DNA of 64,000 nucleotides from a bacterium. GTDB lineage: Bacteria > Patescibacteriota > Doudnabacteria > UBA920. The stretch is taken from contig CP064996.1 of NCBI GenBank assembly GCA_016699995.1, positions 138,357 to 202,356 on the forward strand, in the 5' to 3' direction. The translations under genes were made by a program, and so were the position numbers. Shown here piece after piece: positions 30,101-34,447 of the stretch; within the stretch, counting starts at the first letter, position 1; each line of letters starts with the position of its first letter. Under the pieces are notes generated by a model. It made no database searches, was not told where the DNA came from, and worked only from the letters and a program-made list of their open reading frames with translations.

Positions 30101-31267
30101 AATATCATTGGTGCAGGCAGTGCTTCTACAGATGTGTCCGCGACTCCCGGTGCCCCTGCTCAAGTATTAATCCAAAGCTTTACCGATCTGACTGTTACTA
30201 CTATCGGTACGGCCGTTAGGATTACTAACGAAGGTTCGACTGCCTATGAATATCAGTACTCATGGTGCGTAACCGATTCAGATCTAAACACGTGCGGAGG
30301 TGGAGATGATATATTTGCTGCTAGCGCGGCCAAATTGATCAACCCGCTAGAAGATTTTGATACTACATTGAATTCAACGGTAGCAACTCCTGGTAGCTAT
30401 TGGTTCCATTTGAATGTATTCTTCGGTTCTGAATCCTCATCTTCCACTCAATCCTTTACGGCAATAGCGGATTCCACCCCGCCTCCTAGCGGCGGCGGTG
30501 GCGGAGGCGGCGGTGGTGGCAGTTTTGCCCCTCCAGCAACTACTCCGCAAGCAGAAATTGCTCCGCATGCTGACGGCACACTTGTCCAGGATGGAAATAC
30601 TTTCTACTTGGTCACAAACGGCCAGCGTATCGGATTTAGAGATGAACAGGAATACAAGTCTTATGGTTACACTTTTGAGCAAGCCGTTCCTGCGTCCGCT
30701 GCAGATAAATCGTTGCCGATGACGGGAATCGGACGAGCTATGGAGGGAACATTAGTGCTCGATGCGTCAGATGGAAAAACCGTGTACATGATAGGTTCCA
30801 ATAGCACTAAGCGCGGTTTTGTTTCCAGCAAAGTGTTCCAGTCTCTTGGCTATAGTTTTGCTAATTTGCCAAAGATTAATCTAAGCGACTATCCTACCGG
30901 CGATCCAATTGGCGACGCTACTAAGCCACACCCTGATGGTGCTTTAGTTATAGAAAACAAGACAATTTGGTGGATTCGCAATGGTCAAAAGACCGGTTTT
31001 GAAAGCATGACAGTGTTCAATACTTACGGGTTTAATCTGGCACGCGTGGTGAAAGCAAATAGCGCCGATCTCGCTCTGCCGGAGGGTCCATTGGTTAAAC
31101 TGAGAGATGGTACTCTGGTTCTGGATCAGGGAAATTACTTTGTCATTTCTCGCGGTAAGAAGTGGGCGTTCTCCGGTGAAAGCGCGCTAACTGCCGCCGG
31201 TTATAAATTGAGCAACGTGATATTTACTAGCTTGGCCAATTACGAGTACGGGGGATTGCTCAGGTAA
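15185..31267 (+). CDS. Giant secreted surface protein (5,360 aa): signal peptide, acidic linker, PATR-like and GLUG lead module, about 50 GLUG-like Gly-rich repeats, 13 FN3-like repeats, then 4 C-terminal repeats
   Basis: One uninterrupted ORF with a GGAGGGGAG SD. The N-terminal signal peptide is 'LLVVASIVAAGFFLTLSPNKSLA'. Recurrent 'YAGGLVG.N.G.I.NSY.TG.V.ATGG' units are separated by GGAGGAGG runs. A 'TTAEMEQEATFVGWDFTSLVWDIEENNTYPHF' junction follows. Thirteen 89-aa repeats have the form 'VPGAPTGVSAV.GNGEATITF..P..NGGS.ITSYTVTSNLGHTATGGSSPITVTGLTNGVTYTFTVTATNA.GTG'. Confidence 0.85.
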   Translation: MNIKQALRYLLVVASIVAAGFFLTLSPNKSLASDQEVLNTSQTESSTLEESNISDAASLGSNLDTDQEPQQDPVVAEETADLEQNVSSEQVPDTASETTQNELDQEPQQPTTVEENNPASDLGQGPADDSSEENIVESSDQNQASAQIDLTPTVIEQTTANGKIVVISATEEQEAVHQFLDVPVKTEIPEIFRVGQETLIKIKWQNNNGQDMQFVAYDDDEDGYIDHVAWVVPHLSVQTFEIIFISDALLLDADKNTILDIYNQVNARDYDYATVIDGQFVRVTFEQLLNSTKDITLFAKATDPSQPAIIEVYTTGGELLATFSEIAEDGKYRILLSNLQNPASVFDLRIIGSADIDFIVDPPLTAYWVGGSGDWSDAANHWATTSGGTPNAANAPDATSNVVFDALSGSSTDVINIDVAATVGSLTINGYVGTIKQNADLIITNSGGQSGDYSQVTAATWTTPNPASDTFSATGSFSISAGIFRRFTGTGISVDPFVIYDVYGLQAMKTNLANSYKLSGDIDASVTSGWNAGQGFIPVGDNVNNYTGNFDGAGFTISDLYINSTTLSYVGLFGYTLGSIQNLVLADASITGIGTIGANGSDGAAGTNGTTPTAGGTGTVGSAGGALYIGGLAGYNAGTITNVSVSGTVTGTGGTGGNSGNGGAGGNTTSGATAGGAGGTTLAGGAGAVVYSGGLIGYSAQGSIESSSSSAAVTGTGGTGGNSGNGGNGGNNAGTGAGGAGGGAGAGGAGGISYAGGLIGWVNSGMVVTSFSTGSVTAIGGAGGLAGAAGSGGNPGTAAVGGAGGAGGAGGAGGASYAGGLVGVNLGNVRYASYATGNVIATGGTPGNGSAGAAGTASTVATTGTASTGGAGGAGGAGGVAYAGGLVGQNSPDGVISGVTSPNYATGNVTATGSNGQNGNVGGTGGSAAAGTAHTGGTGGAGAVGGAGGGAYAGGLVGINSGVILISNSNTGLVTATGGNGGIGGTGGTGGAKGSSGANGAGGASGTGGSANVTSAYAGGLVGSNVGAIQNSFSTNAVSGTGGNGGNGSNGVSGLANLAGIAGGTGGAAGVLYIGGVAGNNTLTITGSYHTTGAVTGTAGAGGSAGVGGAGGTGGLAGAGGTATIGAIIYAGGVVGHNSGISLINNYSTGTVTGTGGAGGSGVTGGNGGTSLAGIAGTAGAAGGIAYVGGVVGFTTNGEILSSYSTGDIVAIGGAGGAGGAGGIGGTGAASTTGGAGGTGSAGGAGGASFGGGVIGHYVLGPIEAVYNTGSVTVTGGAGGAGGAGGNGGNGGTNAIGGIGGAGAAGGAGGVASAGGLAGQSTGVIQGVSYSTGNITATGGTPGDGGNGGDGGATTATFNSTAAAAGGNGGAGGAGAIAYAGGLVGNNANIILNSYASGVITATASNGKNGANPGAAGSGAAGGSSHAGAIGATGGAGGAGGASYAGGLAGINTSTISNSYIQTGSVTVTGGNGGNGANGGAGGIGGTNAIGGVGGIGGAAGIGGAAFGGGAAGHNNTGGVIQNGTYSDVDISSIGGNSGTGGTGGAGGIRAIGGAGGASGGAGAIAYAGGLVGLNTAGISGSYATGDATATGGIGGSAGSGGNGGSGTTGAAGGANGGTDVAASVLLRAGGAAYSGGLVGYNITNGIIQGTSYATGDAAATGGAGGAGATGANGGNSSGAAAGGAGIAGISGGTGGVGAAGGLIGWNIGVVSADSYAQGNVSATGGAGGAAGGSGNQGSSGAGNAGSVGVAGGAGGVGGAAYSGGVVAYNGVLGSTISTSNNIGTVTSIGGAGANGASGGTGGTGGSSAGAIGGAGGNGGAGGAGGAAYGGGVAGLNIGLVTDIAYTITTITVTGGAAGNGGAGGHGGASGNISGGTSATAGAGGAGGAGGAAYIGGLVGDNSGVIHNSTVIGSLTGINKSGGDGGTGGTGGSGAAGTGGHNGGIGGVGGAGGASGALFMGGIAGQGNGNISDSSSTGGTITVALSVGGGTGGNGGSGGASGTGGRNGTGGAGGAGGATGAIFVGGAIGHNSLANVSFDNIFSTNHVLVNADSGGTGGAGANGSNGALGGVGGAGGSGGITQPTSLSAGGLIGDIVGAGSSVLNSYATGNVTITGDTGGVGGDGGSGGAGVGGMTGGAGAVGGAGGAGGYAYGGGLIGFTTTNIFVGNSYATGSLTVVAGSGGAAGNGGAGGAGGSSSVGGAGAIGGAGGVGGISFTGGLIGAAVTGVVTNSYSTGTVLGTSGNGGSSGNGGNGGAGGSGAIGGIGAVGTVGAAGGANFTGGLIGDHALTIETSNHVTGAVTGISGNGGNGGAGGSGGASGAITNGTAAAGGAGGAGGVGGALNVGGLVGRSSAATGIINNSYATSDVNATSGNGGNGGSGGAGGDGSAGTNHAGGAGGVGGAGGAAAVTLAASLQIGGLVGQNALGTITNSYTQTGTVTASGGSGGASAQGGLGGTGTGTALYGISGAGGAGGAGGAVYAGGLVGYSSGVIQEGSYSKTSIEITGGTGSNGSAGRSGALNSGVAGSAGGAGGASGLAYIGGLAGYSTSDIILSYASFHAGSGKGNIIFHGGIAGSGGNGGDGGSGLTAGSVGGAGGAGGAGGVESGTFVGGLVGYSSATGVITSSYSEILTISGNEQSDGNGGSGGNGGAGVGSFIGGVGGAGGAGGAGGVRGFGGLVGDNLGTIQSDSYSSVSININGRNGGNGGSGGNGGASGSSISTGTAAAGGVGGVGGAGGATYGGGLVGRMTGTTQLLQILNSYATGSVTVVGGNGGNGGNGGAGGDGSAGTSSHIGSVGALGGVAGVGGEADAGGLVGISNFTSGTSNFLYTYATGNVSATGGNAGTAGVSGNGGASRATITGGAGGGAVAAAAGGASYAGGLIGNNRITTGLSDAIASYATGNVSATGGNGSNGSVGGNGANGAAGGVGGAGGAGGAGGAGGESNAGGLLGYGSVTTGGSKYFNSYSTGNVVSSTGGNGGNGGSAGTAGNGGSGAAGGATGAGGAGGAGGASYAGGLTGQLVGAVLITTSYSTRDVLATGGTSGNGAAGVNGSSGGSGAIGGAGGAGGATGAGGASYAGGLIGSSAGIIGGISYATGNVTSNGGQTGTPGAGGAGGASGNISGSTAATGGAGGAGGAGGASYAGGLVANNAATGIISYSYATGSVTSLGRNGANGANAGSGGDGSLGTGNHAGGAGGTGGAGGAGGASYSGGLIGNNINTTNTTTASYSTGNVVGTSGTGGSGGVGGNGGLPGNVGVGGVGGIGGVAGAGGVLYTGGFVGYNNGTIQQFSYSTGSVLGTGGAGGAGGTGGIGANGLNGTTANGGNGGAGGAGGAGGAGAVVYGGGFTGWNNTARTIRDSSSSGNVTLTGGTGGNGGAGGNGGTGGNGVDGGTGGTGGAAGARTAGIVGGIVYGGGFAGYNVGTLFANYSEGDVVVTGAAGGAGGSGGTAGNGGDGGATGAGGIGGAQGATAAGGAGGVLYAGGFAGYNFTAGLIQYSWSSGDVTTTGGNGGAAGIAGTSGNGGNGGTLAGGAGGAAVAGGAGGAGGASFAGGFIGASLTTGSFDTSYSYGNVTMTGGNGSMGGTGGAGGNGGIGGSGGSGNGGNGTVGGVGGVGGVGGAVTGGGLVGQNTGAITNAYSLGNVTATAGTPGNGGTGGTGGNGGAAGGGSVGTNGNGGAGGAGGAGANAHVGGLLGSHATSVITNVYSSGFPSGIKSNGATGGAGGIAGTGGSGGSNGATGATGSSASTQYLGGMTGLASSGTYVSTYWDTDTSGFGAGSGAGSGADPLGMTGKTTAEMEQEATFVGWDFTSLVWDIEENNTYPHFSYQTVPGSPINVVAVAGNGEATITFSPPADNGSSTITSYTVTSNLGHTATGGSSPITVTGLTNGVTYTFTVTATNSSGTSISSATSNAVTPATVPDAPTGVSAVHGNGQATISFTPPVDNGGSAITGYTVTSNLGHTATGGSSPITVTGLTNGVTYTFTVTATNAVGPGAASGTSNAVTPATVPGAPTGVSAVHGNGEATVTFTPPASNGGSTITSYTVTSNLGHTATGGSSPITVTGLTNGVTYTFTVTSTNAEGTGVASGTSNSIVPSTVPDAPTDVSAVAGNGQATISFTPPVDNGGSAITGYTVTSNLGHTATGGSSPITVTGLTNGVTYTFTVTATNINGTGSASGASNSVTPSTIPDAPTIGTATRGDGEVVITFTPNGNGGSAITSYTVTSNLGHTATGGSSPITITGLTNGVTYTFTVTATNANGTSIASAASNAVTFASAPDAPTSVTAVMGNGEATISFTPGANNGAVITSYTVTSSGGQTATGGASPITVTGLTNGTSYTFTVTATNAVGTSAASNASNSVTPLSVPGAPTGVSAVRGNGEATITFSAPADNGGSAITNYTVTSNLGHTATGGSSPITITGLTNGVTYTFTVTATNSYGTSVASGTSNSVTPATVPGAPTGVSAVMGNGEATITFNAPGSNGGSPITSYTVTSNLGHTATGGSSPIIITGLTNGTAYTFTVTATNAIGTGSASSASNSVTPATVPGAPTGVSAIAGNGEATITFSAPADNGGAAITSYTVTSNLGHTATGGSSPITITGLTNGVTYTFTVTATNAAGTGAASSTTNSVVPTSVPGAPTSVSATGGNGQATISFTAPVSNGGSPITSYTVTSNLGHTATGGSSPITITGLTNGTTYTFTVTATNAAGTGSASGTSNSVVPATVPGAPTSVVAVAGDGEATITFTAPASNGGSAITSYTVTSNLGHTATGGNSPITLTGLTNGVSYTFTVTATNAIGTGSASTASNSVTPATVPDAPTNLAATTGDTQVSLTWSAPAFNGGSAITSYTVTSNIGGHSATVAGTSATMTGLTNGVTYTFTVTATNAIGTSTASGTSNSVTPATVPGGPTNLAAVIGDSSVDLSWSAPASNGGSAITDYVIEYQLTTGGSWSVFADGVSTSTSTTVTGLSNDNSYDFRVSAKNIIGAGSASTDVSATPGAPAQVLIQSFTDLTVTTIGTAVRITNEGSTAYEYQYSWCVTDSDLNTCGGGDDIFAASAAKLINPLEDFDTTLNSTVATPGSYWFHLNVFFGSESSSSTQSFTAIADSTPPPSGGGGGGGGGGSFAPPATTPQAEIAPHADGTLVQDGNTFYLVTNGQRIGFRDEQEYKSYGYTFEQAVPASAADKSLPMTGIGRAMEGTLVLDASDGKTVYMIGSNSTKRGFVSSKVFQSLGYSFANLPKINLSDYPTGDPIGDATKPHPDGALVIENKTIWWIRNGQKTGFESMTVFNTYGFNLARVVKANSADLALPEGPLVKLRDGTLVLDQGNYFVISRGKKWAFSGESALTAAGYKLSNVIFTSLANYEYGGLLR
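17060..26450 (+). repeat. Coding tandem repeat array: about 50 GLUG-like units of about 65 aa (about 195 bp) with embedded (GGCGGCGCA)n-type GGN-codon microrepeats
   Basis: About 50 occurrences of [YF].GG[LVF].G were counted in the translation. Runs such as ggcggcgcaggcggcgcaggcggcgca occur near 17581-17625, 22590-22620, 24178-24212 and 25165-25195. Confidence 0.8.
26665..30160 (+). repeat. 13 tandem FN3-like coding repeats (267 bp / 89 aa) with near-identical DNA between copies
   Basis: For example, 26763-26870 and 27294-27401 share a 71-nt identical block. The 27002-27114 and 27536-27648 blocks differ at only 2-3 positions. Confidence 0.85.
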
Positions 31268-31272
31268 AAAGA

Positions 31273-31306
31273 CAACACCGCCATAAAGGCGGTGTTTGTT
31301 TTATTA
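31273..31306 (+). terminator. Rho-independent terminator after the giant gene
   Basis: AACACCGCC-ATAAA-GGCGGTGTT followed by TGTTTTATT. Confidence 0.7.
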
Positions 31307-31373
31307 TCTTTGACTTTTTTTCTTAAATGTAATAATATGCGAGGTAATCAAATCGAAAAGGAGGTTAACGCAA

Positions 31374-31925
31374 ATGGGTCGGAAACGAACCAAGGCTCAG
31401 CAAAAAAGATTTTTGGCAAAGCAGGCCGAGCATAAGAGAAAGATATGGAGAGTTCAGAGTATTCTGGGAAATCTAACCGGCTATAATACCGAGCAGCGAT
31501 TTTTGGCTGCGTTCGAGAATTTGGATGTAGACCGATCCGCTTTTCCGGAATGGTATGTCGGTATACAAAAGACATCCATTCACCTAGACAAGGCCGGTGT
31601 CGATTTCATTATCATGACCGATTGTGGAGGATTTAATCTGCAGGTTAAAAGCTCCGAGCTCAGGGCCATGGAATTTGCCAGCAAAGGCAGGAATAAGCAC
31701 ATTCCTGTATTGGCTATCTTGAAGAAAGATACTCCGGAATTTATTCGCTATCAGGTATTCAATATCATCAGCGAATTACGGGAGCAAAGGCTGCAAAAAC
31801 GCAGAGACCGTCGAAAACATCAGAAGGAAAATAAGAAGCTTCGAACACAGGCTAAGCAATTGGCAGCGGAGGCTGTGGTCTTAGAAGTTGCTAAGACCGC
31901 ATTTTTTGAACAAACACCGTTGTGA
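31374..31925 (+). CDS. Basic hypothetical protein (183 aa) with a possible PD-(D/E)xK-like core
   Basis: AAAGGAGG SD. Lys/Arg-rich N- and C-termini. The central 'LDKAGVDFIIMTD...FNLQVKSS' resembles a D...(E/Q)xK nuclease core. The stop codon lies inside the loop of its terminator hairpin. Confidence 0.5.
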   Translation: MGRKRTKAQQKRFLAKQAEHKRKIWRVQSILGNLTGYNTEQRFLAAFENLDVDRSAFPEWYVGIQKTSIHLDKAGVDFIIMTDCGGFNLQVKSSELRAMEFASKGRNKHIPVLAILKKDTPEFIRYQVFNIISELREQRLQKRRDRRKHQKENKKLRTQAKQLAAEAVVLEVAKTAFFEQTPL

Positions 31926-31940
31926 CAACGGTGTTTTTAT
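31912..31940 (+). terminator. Rho-independent terminator with the stop codon in its loop
   Basis: ACACCGTTG-TGA-CAACGGTGT followed by TTTTATTT. Confidence 0.7.
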
Positions 31941-31966
31941 TTGGTGAATTTCAGTAGCTTCGCAAC

Positions 31967-32560
31967 TTAATCATTTTCAAATTTTAGCTTATCGATAAAT
32001 ACGTCAAAAGTTACTGGGTCTAAGCTGGGATTTTTGGCAATTACGTAAAATTCGCTAGGGTTATCGGCTGAGTATCTTATGTCGATAAGCGTGTGCTGTC
32101 CGCTACGCCATAGCGGTTGATTGGGGAAATTGGGAACATTCGTTTTCTTTTTTATTTCATACATTACAGCAGCGTGGGAGCCTACAGTTAGTTGTTCCCG
32201 TTTGAGGATGTCGACTGTCGTCAGGGTTAAAAAGGAACTAGCTCTAAAATGGCGGATAAAAATCTGTGACTTTTCTAGATTATCCGGTGAGGCCATTTTT
32301 GGATCGTATATATTAATGCTTTCATTTGCCTGTATATATTCAATTTCCCAATCTGCTGGGATTAAGCCTGTAAATTTATATATGGAGTTATAAGAAGAGA
32401 AGTTGATTGTTTTATCTGCTTGCTGGTCTTGATCTCTATGGGCTTCATTGTTTGCTTGAACATCGGCATTAGCTGTTTGCTGGTCGCTGCTTGGAGTGGC
32501 GTTGCCGCATCCGGCAGCTGTGAGGGAAATTGCAAAGACGATTAGTATGAGTTTTTTCAT
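31967..32560 (-). CDS. Lipoprotein, hypothetical (197 aa)
   Basis: Signal peptide with lipobox 'LTAAGCG'. Followed by a low-complexity Q/D-rich segment. Confidence 0.55.
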   Translation of the reverse strand: MKKLILIVFAISLTAAGCGNATPSSDQQTANADVQANNEAHRDQDQQADKTINFSSYNSIYKFTGLIPADWEIEYIQANESINIYDPKMASPDNLEKSQIFIRHFRASSFLTLTTVDILKREQLTVGSHAAVMYEIKKKTNVPNFPNQPLWRSGQHTLIDIRYSADNPSEFYVIAKNPSLDPVTFDVFIDKLKFEND

Positions 32561-32720
32561 GGCTATTTTATCTTAATTAATTTACCGCGGCGCTTAACAA
32601 TATTTTTATAGTCCCATTGAATGGCTTTGGATTTTTATATAACTAAGCATAACAAAAAACAACTGCTATTAACAGATGCTTTTTGCTAGGGTCGCGTAAT
32701 GAAAGATGTGGTAGCTAGGT

Positions 32721-33068
32721 TTAGGGTTTATACCTAATGATAGTGGATTGGAAATACTGCTCTTGAAATTTAACTTGTTCAGTAATTTCCTCATCTGTGA
32801 ATGTATTACCAAGAGGGGTAACGATCAATTTATCATCATTGTCATCGGTTCTATGTATGATTGCTATGCACTTGCCAGTAAATTCTTCGAGTGGTTGGTC
32901 GACTCCTAGAACATACGCATCTAATTCTTCCCCATCAGCTGCTAGCGTGTTTGGTACATATCCATAATTTACGGGATAATAAAAATCATATTTAGGATGT
33001 TTGGACCCCAAAGGCCTGTCCATTAGCACTTTGATTTTTTTGCCTAAATAATTGATCGCCTCTGTCAT
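32721..33068 (-). CDS. Family I inorganic pyrophosphatase-like protein, N-terminally truncated (115 aa)
   Basis: 'DRPLGSKHPKYDFYYPVNYGYVPNTLAADGEELDAYVLG...AIIHRTDDNDDKLIVTP' aligns with the E. coli Ppa '[32 protein letters not shown]...GVLKMTDEAGEDAKLVAVP' block. About 45 N-terminal residues are absent. No in-frame upstream start is possible because the tRNA-His terminator abuts the ATG. Confidence 0.5.
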   Translation of the reverse strand: MTEAINYLGKKIKVLMDRPLGSKHPKYDFYYPVNYGYVPNTLAADGEELDAYVLGVDQPLEEFTGKCIAIIHRTDDNDDKLIVTPLGNTFTDEEITEQVKFQEQYFQSTIIRYKP

Positions 33069-33111
33069 ATGTGTAATATAACAAAAAACCGCCCATAAGG
33101 CGATCTATTGC

Positions 33112-33188
33112 TGGGGTGAGTGACGGGTTACGATCCCGCTGCCTCCGCTGCCACAGAGCGGCGCTCTACCGATTGAGCTACACCCACC
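33112..33188 (-). tRNA. tRNA-His (anticodon GTG)
   Basis: Reverse complement reads GGTGGGTG-TA-GCTC-AATCGGTAG-AGCG-C-CGCTC... with anticodon stem CCGCT/AGCGG and loop CTGTGGC, giving GTG. The extra 5' G (G-1) is typical of tRNA-His. CCA is encoded. A terminator hairpin (GCGCC-TTAT-GGGCG followed by TTTTTT) lies downstream on the minus strand. Confidence 0.8.
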
Positions 33189-33346
33189 ATAATTATTAAT
33201 TTTGCTCTTGCTAAAATAAAAACCCTGCACAGGTTTACCTTACGGCAATGTGAAGAGTCACTTATCTGCTGTGCCAGATAGGATTAATAAATCCGCTACA
33301 ATTGTAGCGGATTTTTGCTTTGTAGTCAATTGTTCAACGAGATGTT

Positions 33347-34447
33347 TTAAAATCCTAAAAGTCCGCCTATGCCGCCAATAATCCCACCGAAGCCGCCGCT
33401 GCCTGAACCGCTCCCGCCGCCGTTAGTAGAACCGCCGGTGCTGCCCGAGTTTCCTGCAGTACCTGTCCCACTAGAACCCCCGCTAGCAACACCAGACCCG
33501 CCTGTGTTTACAGGAGGGTTGGTTGCGGTTTGTGGTGTGGGAGGTGTTGTGGGCTGGCTAGGGTTTAAGTTGAGATTTAGAATTGGCTTTGGCCCTGGTT
33601 TAGACTTCGGCTGTGGAGTACTGCTACTGTTTTTTGGCTCGGTGCTCCTACTAGGCTCGGCTTTGGTTTCGGTTTTCGCTCCTTCGACTTTGCCTTGATC
33701 TTTGTTAGATGTGCCCTTGGACGAATCTTTTTGCTTGATGTATTTGTGCAGTAAAACGTCGATCTGCTTAGCCTTATCCTTTTGTCCTTTGTCTAAGTAA
33801 GTTTGCTTGATTTTAGTTAGCACTTCAACTGCGTTCTTTGCGTCGGATTTAAGCTTGGACTTAACTTTAGCTTCGTATTGTTGCTGCCTCGATTCTGCGG
33901 CAGTACTAGGGTTAGTACCAGTCGCCGGCTGTGGGTTTGTCGTGTCCGTGCTTAGCAGCGCGTCTAGGTTTATTTCTACTGTCGCTTTAGCAGAGGGATC
34001 CTTATGTTCGGACTGGTTTTCTTTCTCAATTCGAAGCTCTTCCGATAAACGCGCCTCTTCTAGACGGCGTTCGGCGAAATTCATTTCGAGTAGTATGCGA
34101 GCTTCTTCATCCGGAGCAGTTAATAGCTGCAACTCTTCTACTTGTCTCTTTACTCCGTAAAGCTTATCACCTGGCTGCGCGTCTGCGGAAGCCGCTGTGG
34201 AGCCGGCTATGAATATCAGCAGTACCAAGGGCACCATCACATAGGGCATCATAAAGAAGCGCTTGAGCTTTTCCAGAAAGGAATCGTTTTTCTTTGCAGG
34301 CTCGTCGGTGGTCTGCGCGCCCAAGTTAGAAAAGATCTTATCCTTTACTCTCAGCTTTGCAGATTCGGAAAGCATGTTCTGCTCGCTCCGGGTTATCTTC
34401 TTATAAAAGTTTTTTAAATCGTTGTTCATTGCTTTAATTATTCTCAC
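33347..34447 (-). CDS. Putative anti-sigma factor (single-pass membrane protein with Pro/Gly-rich extracytoplasmic tail)
   Basis: Immediately downstream of the ECF sigma gene, which it overlaps. A cytoplasmic N-domain is followed by a TM helix 'MMPYVMVPLVLLIFIAGSTAA', a coiled region, and a long P/T/S/G-rich C-terminus ending in GGIGGLLGF. Confidence 0.5.
   Translation of the reverse strand: MRIIKAMNNDLKNFYKKITRSEQNMLSESAKLRVKDKIFSNLGAQTTDEPAKKNDSFLEKLKRFFMMPYVMVPLVLLIFIAGSTAASADAQPGDKLYGVKRQVEELQLLTAPDEEARILLEMNFAERRLEEARLSEELRIEKENQSEHKDPSAKATVEINLDALLSTDTTNPQPATGTNPSTAAESRQQQYEAKVKSKLKSDAKNAVEVLTKIKQTYLDKGQKDKAKQIDVLLHKYIKQKDSSKGTSNKDQGKVEGAKTETKAEPSRSTEPKNSSSTPQPKSKPGPKPILNLNLNPSQPTTPPTPQTATNPPVNTGGSGVASGGSSGTGTAGNSGSTGGSTNGGGSGSGSGGFGGIIGGIGGLLGF

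Noticed and set aside
26665-30160. Highly regular 267-bp direct repeats that could suggest a CRISPR array or satellite
   Set aside because: The unit is far longer than a CRISPR repeat, has no unique spacers, and stays in frame. It translates to FN3-like domains.
25275-30163. Minus-strand Cys/Arg/Ser-rich ORFs (25280..25582, 25853..26269, 26540..27235, 27275..27859, 28430..28924, 29768..30163 etc.)
   Set aside because: They are antisense frames across the FN3 repeat array. Their periodic similarity simply mirrors the sense-strand tandem repeats.
33369-34160. Plus-strand Pro-rich ORFs 33369..33698 and 33807..34160
   Set aside because: They are antisense to the Gly/Pro-rich tail and coiled region of the anti-sigma gene. 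The minus-strand gene has the coherent TM helix and the operon context.
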